Source: Callorhinchus milii
Taxonomy: Eukaryota
Assembly: GCF_018977255.1 (NCBI RefSeq)
Contig: NW_024704743.1
Span: forward strand, 38,380,001 to 38,444,000
DNA: 64,000 nt
Direction: 5' to 3'
Shown: piece by piece, positions 40,812-52,800 of the stretch
Layout: each line of letters opens with the position of its first letter
How positions within the stretch are numbered: position 1 is the first letter of the stretch
Translations under genes and position numbers: made by a program
Notes under the pieces: generated by a model
Seen by the model: only the letters and a program-made list of their open reading frames with translations
Told to the model about the DNA's origin: nothing
Databases searched by the model: none

Positions 40812-43800
40812 CATTTCACAATGCGAGCATGGAAGACGGAACCTATGGTGCATAGTTTACACAATCTTCACACTATTTTGTTGAATATAAATGAATTGGC
40901 AATGCTGTTGTGTGTGTTTGGTGCTCCCCAGCTGGTTGACATTAACAGTTGCCATGTCTGAACACGATGAATACTGAGATGGTTGTTCTCAAGTTGCATG
41001 GGCACTGTGGTCCCGGTCAGCTTTCCAGTGCAGAGAAAGTACAGAGCCTCAAGGTGTGCTGCTTGTATCCTCAAATAACTCTCAGTCATAGCTTGATTTT
41101 CACTGGAGAATGTGCCTATAGAGCCTCTATAAAACAAAACAATAGCTAATTCCAAGTGTGGCAATTAACCGCAAAATTGGGAAGTAATAAGAAAGCTGAT
41201 TTTTTTCTTATTTACGTACATGCCCAAATAATTCTGTTGTTCACACTCTTGATATTGAGTGCCAGACATTCAGATCATATTATTGTGTGACTGATAAGAT
41301 ATAAATCACCCGATTTTGATGTTTATTTGCTTTCCTTTAGTTTTAAAGTTTTGGGTCTGCCTCTTCTCCAGGTTCGACATCGTTCCTCTCCTGTCGGTCT
41401 GTCTTTCCTGCTCCTGTCTTTGTCACTCCAGATGTACATGTCTTTTTCCAGACACTGGGAACTCTTGCATTTGCTTGGCAATTCTGTGCAATATAACATT
41501 GCTAACTTAGAGTAATTATGTGCACTCTATGCAAGAATGACTTTTTTATTTACTTCATTTGCCAATAGCAGTGGTGTTGCAGGTTGCTGTGACCTGTGGC
41601 TGTGATGAACTGTTCAGCTTCATGCCTTTTGATTTAGAGGTGATATTTTAAACTAATGGAGATTAATCGGTTATGGTAGCAACTGTTGGAACAAACTTGC
41701 CTCCTGTCACTCCATTGCACAGTTAGATGCTACACCACTTTGCCACAACTAATGGACTAATTCCCTACCTGGGCTTTATTATAATAACCTTTGTATTTAA
41801 TATACAAGTTGTATTTAAATAGTCCCTTCACTCAGGTAGCACCTCAGAGTGCTGTCATATTGGGAAGATATCTGTATATGCTTCACATGATACATTGTAA
41901 AGTATGGTGACTACTTGTAGATGAATGTGGCAGCCAATTTTTGCATAGCAGTTTTCCATAAAGTGATTGACCAATTTTATTTGGGCCATTGTTGACCAAG
42001 ACACTGGCTTTGCATATCACTACAGCAACATACTGGATTCTGGATTCTGTAAATGTTAATTCTTCATCTACTGCATTGTTCTCCTGGTCTCCATTTCAGT
42101 GGACATCGCTAGTGCACAAGAACTACTAGCGCACGCTTCATTTGGTGAGTTGAAGTCTGTAAACAATTTAGGGAACCAGTCACCTGAAACACAAGGCTTA
42201 ATCATAGTGTAGGCTGACACTCCAGTGCAATACGGTGGGGGGGGGTGCATTGTTGGAGATGCCATATTTCGAATAAGACATTAAACTGAGGTTCCCCTAC
42301 CTGTTAAAGATTCCACTATTTGAAAAGAGAAAGGAGTTTTCGTGGTGTCGTTGCCAACAATCCCCCAGTGATTCACTTCATCACTGCTGGTGGGACACTG
42401 ATGTGCACAAATTGGCTGTTGCATTTGGCCACATTGCATATGTAGTAAATCACAAAGCTCTTTGCAGGATTTCACTGTAAAGTATAGTGACTGTGTAACG
42501 TTAATTCCCACACCTCTGTCAGACTCGTTGTGTAGTCGATGACATGAGGCATATGAGCGTTATTTGGGGTAACTGGTTAAAATGAAAATATGAAGTCTAC
42601 CTTAATGCTTTTTTTCTTTTGCCACTTGCCGACTATTAGCTCAGAGAGGAACATTTGGTCTTGAGTCACCCCTTGCTGTATACATTTTTTAAAGGGCACA
42701 CATGCACATACACATACAAAGTAAGGGTTATTTGAATCTAGCGAGAGGAAAAGGTTGCAATTATAGGAGAACACTTTCATATACATGGGTTGAAATTTTT
42801 TTTCACACGCTACTGTGAGGATGTGACTCATTTAAAGAAAATTAATGTGCAGCCACCAAAACTAATCAATGTAATTGGTTGAAAAAATATTTTTACAAAC
42901 AGAAATGGCAGAATGAAGATAATTAACTGAAAAGTAAAAGGAAATGGATCAGAGAGAAGTGTGTGTTGCCACATAGCTCATTTTGAAATCCCTTTTAATC
43001 AAGACATAACCACGCACACAAAATAGTAATCGTTGTACCAAGCCAGGACTATCAACCAGCTTGGGACATGCTCGTGACACCCGAGCCGCTGTATAAAGGC
43101 CAATTTATACTGTATCATCGGCCTGAGGGGAGGTTCTAGTCAGTGATGACTATTTTGCTCTGTGATTCTAGCAGCAATGATCATATCGCTTGGCTCATTT
43201 CCCACTTCCCCAACCTATGGAGTCTTTATACATGATTTGAATCCATAAACCAGTGCTTGGTCCTGCAGCAGAATTTGGCTAAAGGGATGTAAAAAGATAC
43301 ATCGGCGCTGTGTCAGTAAAACACTCTGCAAGGTTGAGGTTACTGCTAAATCACTCAAAGTCATGGCGAATTAAATTTATTTATATTTTTTTCTCTCCAT
43401 GTTCAGGTATCTGTATGATTTGGGGGAGGAGAGGGGGGGAATATGTGACCTCCCTACCCCCCCCCCTCCCCCAATTGGACTCAGTTTTTCATTTTGTCTC
43501 CAAGAAATTAGAGTTTTCTTTATTGGATTTCCATCAGTTGAAATCACAGCGTCTCTCTGCTCAACCCCTCCGGATTGGTACAGCTCTGATCAAGCTCACT
43601 GGGTGGGGAGTTAATTATAGGTGTAATCCACAAGAACACAGCAACAACTGTATTCTGAATATGTTGCAGTGGAAAAATCAGTTTCTGTTCTTTATCCCCT
43701 CCCTCCCCCCAAACGGCAAGTAAATTGAAATTTGCAATCAGTAAAATTGGGAGGGATAGGGGCGGGAGAGAAAAAGCCAAACTGATCTAGCCAATATAGT

Positions 43801-46254
43801 GTGGTTCCCACTAACACTTGTGATACATTAGAAGCTCCCTCATGTTTCCAGTGCTTTTTATGTTTTACGTTGTGCAAATGACTTTCACCTATTAGTTCTG
43901 CTATTCTGGGAGGGTGGGGGGAAGGGTTTGATAGTGGAAAAGACGTGAGAACCCCAGTTGCAACGTATGTGCGCAAGTGAGCCAGCAGATAATTGTGATT
44001 GGATATCTTACACGGGAAGCTTAAAAAATAAAAGATGTGAGTAAATAGACTGAATTTGCAAAGCTAACAAACAAATGAAATTAGCCTCTGCACATGTCAT
44101 AAAGCACAAGTACAGCACAAACAGGTAATAAAGGTCAAAGGGATACTCTCAGCAGGCGTGGACCAGACAGAAGACTTCCTAGAAAAAAATCCTTGTGTAA
44201 AATCTGTCTGAAGAACAAAGCTGTTTTGACTGTTTGCCAGATTCTATTGTTATCATGAGGATTTATAGTAATTTGGACATTTCTTTATTATTATAATAAA
44301 ACGTTCCTAAGGAATTGTGTATTTATCACACTTATCTGAATCCCCAGAGCTCCTGCTGGTTCAATATTGGATTTTGACCCTGGATTCAGCCTCCTTGGTC
44401 CAATTACTGAATTATTAATTTTCCTTTCAAAAAACATTCTTTCTGTTGAGACAGACTGAGGAAGCATGCCAGATTAGGTTCCTGATCTGAGTAGAAAATG
44501 AGGAACAGCATGTGAATAAGAAAATTTGGCCATAAACAAATGTGATTAACTAGTGTATTGACAGCCTGAATTACATTAGAAAAGGGAAAATGTTCATATT
44601 TTATTCAGAGAAGTTTAGACTTCTCAGATTTTATGGTTTTTGGAATGATGGTATTTTGGGAGAAGGAGTAAGTTGAGAATTTATACTTTTGAGATGAGGC
44701 TGTCTCAAGATCTGCTAGATACAGTTTTCATTTATGTTCCTGACAAGTGACTAATGTGCCTGGGTTGTAATTTAAGAAAATGAATGCAGAAATTATGGGT
44801 TATGGCCAAAACCACATAGCACACAAAGAGATTTGAACTGCATGCTATTATGAAAGTTCTTTTTAGATTAATTTGTTCTTAAACTCATGGCTGTTTTTCG
44901 GGACATATCTGGCACAAATCCAGACAGTACACTTGATAGTAATTGCCAGCAAAGTTGCTTTGAGAAGTTTTGACATGGTAAGGTGCTGTAAAATGCAAAT
45001 GCAAAAATGCTATAAAATCATATTTAATCCGTTTTTTTCCTATATTCTTTTATCTGAACTGCTGGAGAAAAAAGGGCTCGGGTGGGAACCAACAGTATTA
45101 ATGTATATGCCTTTCCAGACCACCTAAATGTGGAGCTTGATTCAATGGATTTCAAAAGAGAGCAACTTTTTTTTTTCTCCTCTCTAGTTACATTTTGGGT
45201 GACTTATTTATTCTTTGACCTCCTTCCTGTCATGATCTCTCTGAATGCACTTTCCAATTCAAGACTAAATTTGTGTTTAATTAACATCCTGTGCCCATTT
45301 TGAAGAAGTCCTCAGATTGTTCCACTCCTATTTCACATAGAAGTTTGCCAGAAAGAAAAGGCTTTCAGCTCACCTTGTGGACTAGATTTGAGCCTAGGTC
45401 TGGGAGATGAAGGACTGAGATCTAAACTAAAAGTAATTCGAATTTTATAATTTATGTTTTTAAACAATGCACAAAAAGTTAGCAAACAAACCCATTGTTT
45501 CTTTTAATCCTTTATTTTGCTTTATCAGTTACGAGAGTGGATCATAAAATTCATATTGACTTTGTTTGAGATTTCAATATAAATATCATTTAAAAAAAGC
45601 CTACGAAGGGGGTATTTGATGTATGATTCAAATCTTTCTGAATAAGAAAAATCGCACTATAAAATATTTCACATTTTTGTGCAATTATAAAATTCAAATA
45701 CATTAATTTCACATTATGTGATGCTGGCTTTCAGCCAAATCCCATGTTTCATTTGAAACCTTGCATCAAGATTTTAATTTGTCACTGATCCTTTTTGCAC
45801 CAATCCACATCCATGTGTTCAGAGTGGAGTTTAGGTGGTCTGTGTCTTAAACATCCTGCATATAAATACTAGAAAGTTGTGACTTTATTTTATGCATTTT
45901 TTTAGATTCGGCAAAAAGCTATTGACCAATGACTAGGAGAGAAACCTAAGGCTGCTTGACCAATATTCTCTTTGACTGCAAATTGGGGCTACTTCGGAGA
46001 GCCACTGTTACTTATTAATGGGGTCTGGCACTACCCCTTGTTCTGAAAATCTGTGGCCTGGAACGCTTTTCTCAGGCAACTGAAGGAAAGTCTTCTGATC
46101 CAATGAAGCTTCACGGAACAGAATATTTTAGACATTATTTGAAATGATTGACATGTAATGGATGTTTGTCTAATTAATCAAACTAAGCACAATGTTCAGC
46201 TCCTTGTTCAGTCAATAGGTGGAATATGAGTTAGCAGGGATGTGGTAGATCTGT

Positions 46255-46574
46255 GATAATAATAATAATCTTTGCATTTGATATAGTGCTTTTCATGTCT
46301 TCTCGACATCTCAAAGCGCTTCACAGAATATGCTGTAAAGTGAATTGACCGTATATTTGTGGGCGAAACGCGGCAGCCAATTCCGCACAGCAGTGTCCCA
46401 CAAACAGTTGTGGATTGAAAATAACCAATTTATTATTGTTTTTGTTTTTTGGAGGGATTATTATTAGGCGTGTGGAGTAAGGAAACTTGCCCAAGGTTTC
46501 GCCCTGCCTGGAATTGAACCCAGGTGTCTCACTTGCGAGGCGAGTGCTCTAACCACTGAGCTACAAGATTCCAC
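46255..46574 (-). mobile_element. Full-length SINE (same site as 26447 in the duplicate block)
   Basis: Same family and same flanks as 26447-26767. Confidence 0.9.
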
Positions 46575-46722
46575 ATTAGATTAGATCCTAATTCGGTGCA
46601 CTGTTGCTGCAAGTTAATAGTTATAAATTCTTGAAATAGCAGCAAACTTACTGCTAAAGCTTTTGTTCTGTCTGTGTGGGGGGAAAAAAACGTTTCTAAA
46701 TTTAGCTATTTTCTCTTTACAG

Positions 46723-46879
46723 AAGAAAAAGCCCAATCTGTGAGACAAATGGTCTCCTGGATCATAAGATATGCCTGGAAAAAACTGCAGAATCCAGTCG
46801 TGGTTGGCCTAGCAGCATTATTGGCGAGCTCCTGGTTTATCAGGACGCCTTACAATTGGGTAGGACATCTTCTAAAATG
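46723..46879 (+). CDS. OTULINL: OTULINL exon 2 (N-terminal hydrophobic segment), downstream copy
   Basis: tttacag|AAGAA...AAAATG|gtgagt, 157 nt, phase 1 to 2. Encodes EKAQSVRQMVSWIIRYAWKKLQNPVVVGLAALLASSWFIRTPYNWVGHLLK(W), resembling the FAM105A segment ending GHKLKW. Confidence 0.85.
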
Positions 46880-49800
46880 GTGAGTATATATCATCACTGA
46901 CTGTTGCAATCCATGTGATTGCAGGAGGTCCCGGGACAGTGAGAGGGAGCCCCTGCCATCCTGAATACCCATTGAAATGGCCTCCCTGCCAACCTAACCT
47001 TGTTGGGTTTGTGGAGGGGTGGGGGGCACGTGATGTATGGACACCTCGTTGTAGTCAATCCATAGCCACTCCGGGTCCACACTGGCTGTTCGCCAGCCAA
47101 TAGCTGCACCGCCTGGGAGGGACATCTGCCCACTAGATCTGGTTGCCTGACCCCCGGAATTGAGCTTTGCGTGGGAGGCCCCCGTGAGGCAAATGCCAGC
47201 CCTGGTGTATATTGAAGGTCAATGTTATGGAGATAGAAAAAGTAATGAGGCTTTCTGCAAAAATTAACAATTGGTTGGTGAATCCATTGCTGGATTCTGT
47301 TCAACTCAACCAAGAGCTGATCAGGAAAGAGCAATGTAAATGGAGCCTCAGGTCAGACTGAGGCAAGTTGTATTTGCCCCCAATTTTTTTTTCTCTCACC
47401 AATCACCCATTAATATTGGTTGGGGGGGAAAAAAGTTTCAATGAGGGTTTCAGCACCAATGAGTGTGAGATAGACAGAAGCTAGTGCTGGGCGAAGATGC
47501 AGAAAAGTTGTCTACATTCCTGTGTAAAGGTATATTTACGGGCAGGGGCGAACTGGCTATGTGGGAAATAGGAACATTTCCCAAGTGCCCTCGTGAATAG
47601 TTCCTGATATTTACCCACTCTAGAGTCCGACATCTGGGTGAATGACAGATCGGCCCAACCGATCCTTACCCAGAGACCACCCTCTCTGATGAGTGACGGC
47701 TACGACAGCTAATCATCACCTGGATCTTGCCCTCCTGTTTAACACCTGACAAAGTTTTTAAACACGTGGAGCTTTTATGCTGAAATTCGATCCCCATTTT
47801 ACCTGAGAATCACATTGAAAGTGAAATTCATAAATTTGTGTGTTCATGTGTTCATGTGAAATTCATGTATTCACTCTTGTAAATACAGTATAATCTTCTG
47901 CAGTAATTCTGTGTTTGCACAGTGGTGTACAATGGTTTATTACACCTCAGGCTGATTGCAGAGGTTGACTCTTATTGCGCATGTTGTGGTGATCTGTTTA
48001 ACTGGATTTGTAATTTCCTCAAAAAATGTAAATGGTGGAGCATAATAAATAGAGGCTTTACTATTGTTGTCTTTACTACACATGGATTTCCCCCAAGGTT
48101 TTATTAAAACAACAATGTTATCACACAATTACCTTTATACAGATAACTGCTATGGCTACAGAATTCCATGTAACCTTTATGCTAACCTTTGAACTTGGCT
48201 CCAACACAAGAACTCATCAGAGCTTAGTTGTGTGGTTGATGTGAAGAACACTGGGTTCCTTGCAGGAAATATGTTTCATGTTCCCAAGTGTTGGAAATTT
48301 GGAAGGAGCTTTCGCTAAAAGTTTTAAAGGGCTATTGGAGGTGCAAAGAGGGCCTTGAGGTTGAGAAGCAAGGCATAAATAGGTGATCAGTATTTCTTAA
48401 TAAATCTTGTCGATAATTGCAAAATGCACATCATCTATGATTTTCAAAGAGCTTTGACTGATATGTACTTCAATTGTGATACTGATCTCCGTTTAGCTGG
48501 ATACTAACTGATAGCATGATTTCTTCCTCTATTGCAAACACTTTTAGCCAGTTTGCTATTGCCACTGGCTCAGTAATTTCATCATGCCTCTTGCAATAAA
48601 CTATTGTAGCTGAACATTGTGAACCTTTCTTTCCTGTTTCCTATTTATACATGTCATATTAATGCCTGGCACCTCAGTAATTCCCCAATAGGAAGAACAA
48701 GTCTTAACATAGTTTTGAGAATTGTGAATAACTTGCTTTCATCTACAAAGCACAAAGTCTTCCTTTGCTGGTGGCATGGCTAAGGACAAAAATGAGTTTG
48801 AGGCTGTGTTTGACCACTGCATAGCTCACTGTAACAGTACGAGACTTGTAGAAGGAGAAATTTCACCTGAGTCTAGACTTACTCTATTTGTTTAACTTAT
48901 CAGCGTACTCAGAATTTGACAATTTCTTGAATATACTCTTAATTTTGAAGCCAGCTTTCTGTAAGTTTATTTTCAGAACTACAAAAGGCTTCAAAATAAA
49001 CATTAAATTCAACATTTTTACCAAATTCTGCATGCTTTGAAATTGTACAATGCAATTTGTACAAGTCTTATAGCTCCTTTCACATCCAGAGGACATTTCA
49101 AAACGCTTGAGATAGTTGGATGGCTAGTTGGGTGCCTGAGGGGCGTGGGAACCAAAGGGGAAAGATGACCGAAAGTGCGGTCAAAGAGGGAAGCAAGAGG
49201 GAAACCAGGATTCTATTTATAGAATGAATGAATCATCAAAATTTACAGTGCAGAAGAAAGCCATTCAGCCCATTGAGTCTGCAGTAAGTCTCAGAGCCAG
49301 GTGTTCATTCAAACCCACTGCCCCACCCTAACCACATACCCTTTCAAGACTTTTTTTCTTTTATGTATCTATCTTCTTCCCTCTTGAAACCCACAATGAA
49401 CTCTGTCTGTGCCAACTTACTTGGCAGGGTTCTCCACGTCCCAACAACTCTCTTGTGACTATCATATCTATGTCCTCTTGTCATTCTAGTAGGGTCGCTC
49501 TTAACCTTTTCTGTCCTCGTGAAAATGCAACCAGCTTCTATCTCTTTTCATAGCTATTACTTGGTATAATTCTTGTAAATCTCCTCTGCATTTCCCTCCA
49601 AAGCTTAACATTGTTTTTGTTGACATTGAAATGAGGTGCCTCAAGTTGAATGCATTACCGCAGTTGCGGCTTAACCAATAATTTGTACAAATTTAACATT
49701 ATTCCCTTTCTTTTTCTACTCCATGCGTCTCTGTATTAAACCCTGTCTCCAAGAAAAGGCACGATCGGAGACTCTACTACCTGTATCTCTGTTTTCCTTC

Positions 49801-52800
49801 AACATCTCATTCCTGATGTATCCCATCAGTGCCCTCTAGGCCCAGGTAGAATTTCTCACCATTGGTTACTATAGCATTAATTAGGATTGATCAGAAATAA
49901 CTATGCTTTGTAATTGCCAAATAGTAAACTGTACAGTTTGTAACATACTTTTTTTTCTGCAATTACAGGTCATTTAGGATTTCAGAAAAAGGTATTATCT
50001 GAATTATTTATGTTTGACTTTGTGGTGTATGTGTTCAAATTGATCAGTGGAGTAATATTTCCGTGTGTTTATTTTGGTTCAGAAAATAAAGCTGTAGGGC
50101 CATTAATTGACCTTTTAGAATATGGAAAGCGAGAATGGAGAGGAGAAACCAAGGAGGCTGAGAAGATGAGACAGGTAACAAATATTTATGTTTTGGTAAT
50201 ATGTGAAATTGAAAAATGGACTCCTATACTCTTTATAATTCATAGCAATTTTAATTAAATGTACAGCAAGGAAGACTGTTTGGCCCCTCATGTGGAGTCC
50301 TGTAGCTCAGTGGTTAGAGCACTCGCTTTGCAAGCGAGAGACCTGAGTTCAATTCCAGGCAGGTCAGGGCGAAACCTTGGGCAAGTTTCCTTACTCCACA
50401 CGCCTAATAATAATCCCTCCAAAAAAACAAAGCAATAATAAATTGGTCATTTTCAATCTACGACTGTTTGTGGGACACTGCTGTGCGCAATTGGCTGCCG
50501 CGTTCGCCCACAAATATACAGTCAATTCACTTTACAGTATATCCTGTGAAGCACTTTGGGACGTCTAGAAGACGTGAAAAGCGCTTTATCAAATGCAAGG
50601 ATTATTATTATTATTATGCTGGCAATCCATTCAGGAAAGAAAGAGCAATCCATTCAGGCATTGTGCCTGCCTTTTCACCAAACCTCTGCAAATCTCTCCT
50701 TTTTAGGGTATCTATTCTAGTTCTTTCTTGAAAGTTAATATGCTTCTTAGAGAGACTGTGGTCATTGAGACACACCAAGTCATCACAGAGTCTTTGGTAA
50801 AAGAGAAAGTGTGCCATCCTATGTTAATTGTAACCTGTAAAACTGGAGACAGCGCTTATGTATGTAAACCAGAGACAAACTGTTTCACAGCTTGTGACAT
50901 GCTGGAAGACTCTGACCACAGAAAGACTGGTAAAAAAAATGTTTCACTTCAATTTTTGGAAGGGGAAATATTCTGGTAAATTCCCCCTGGTTCAGTCTTT
51001 CGATCTTATTTTTGTTGTGTGTCTGGCACGGTCCAATGCGTGGAGCCAAGTGATCTTCTCACACGCCAGATCCCCAGAAACTGGTAACTAAGAGATGACC
51101 GAAACTAGTAAGATGTGATATCCCCGTCCCCTTTACCTCTACCCTTGTATGTGAATATTGATGAGACACCTCCACGGAAAGAAAAAAAAATATTATATTT
51201 GTTATCAGCAATGCATGGCCATTATATCTTTCCTGCCACTGCTATAACATGTAGATGATAGGACTATGCTCTTTGTGGAAAGAAAAAAGAAATACTCAGG
51301 TGTAGTAGACTTTAATGTTTGCAATTTGAATGTTAATGTATTGGGTTATTCTTAATAATAACACCTGTGTTAGTGAATCACGTCCTGCCGTTGAAGAAGT
51401 GGGGATGAAGTTATTCATGAGTTGTAAATTATCAAGGATGTAAGGTGTGAACCACTCCTGTATTCCAGGCTTACAAAGCAGTTTACATGGACCATCACTT
51501 TAAACACATAAGAAGAATCCGTGGAGATAACTATTGTGCACTGAGAGCAACTTTATTTCAGATACTGAGCCAAGGCATTCCTTTCCCAACATGGATGAAA
51601 GAGCAGGATATAGCCAAGGTAACTTAACTTGCTGTTTGTAATTAGAGCATGGACCAAGATGGTCTTCTATTCAAAAATTACTGAGCTGACTTTTCAACTT
51701 TGGTAATAATCACTTTTTATTTAGTTTATTGCTAGACATTTCTGTTTAAAATGGTTGGAAGAAATCTGCCTGATCTTTTATTGTTTTGATTGGTGTTTGT
51801 CAGTCTATGGCTGTTTGATTTCACGCAAGGTACAAAGGCATTTTGCACCTAGCAATGAGGAAGCAGTATTAATATGACCTTGTCTATTTAATGCAACAAC
51901 AACACATTATGTTTGTAAAGCAAGACATTTTTAGGAAAAGTAGTGGGAAGCAAACATCAATTCCTCAATTGCAGGGTATTATTTACCAACACAATTGTTA
52001 TTTCAATTAAGAGAGGCATTGACTGAGTTTTATTTTAAGCTTGCACTAATTCTCTTCCCTCCTCTCCTGAAGGTATTTGTCTAACTTTTCAGTTCTACTG
52101 GGATATTTGAGAACAGCCTATTCCTTCACCTTCTGGGTTTCTCGATGACAAATTTATCTGTCTTTTGGTGCAATAAAAATCCTAGTCCTGAGTTTAAAAA
52201 CAATTTTTGCTCTAAACTATGTGTCTATTTCAAGGTTGAGTTCAAGATCCTCATCCTCACATTTAAATCCCGCTATGCGCCACCCTACCTCTGCACCCTT
52301 TTCAAAATGTACTGACCTAGCCGCTTCCTTCACTCAGAGGAAACTGCCTGCTTCATGTCTCCCGCCCTACCTGGCCCACCATTCATAGTCGGACATTCTG
52401 CACAAGCAACAATCCTGATTGATGCCAGGCTGCCCCCACTCTCTGGAACTCCATCCTGGAATGAGTCCCTTCAACTCGCTCTCTCCTTCACCCCTTTCAA
52501 AGTGCACCACAAGACCTACCTCTTTGAATGCACTTCTAGTCACATTTCCCCTCTCCACCCATCTTGTTCCCACGCTCAGCTTGGGTGAGCCACGGTCGTT
52601 AAGCACCTTGGGACGTCCGCCTGATGTGAAAGGTGCTATATAAATTTTAATTTTTATTGTACTGTTAATGTCAAATGGTAAGCTGTAAGAAAGGATTTGT
52701 TATTCTAACTGTTATCTGAATATCTGCCTGAGAAATGGAGCTTAATTACACTTATTGCTATTTCCTCTCACAGAATAGACCACAGCAAAGTTGTGGAGGT

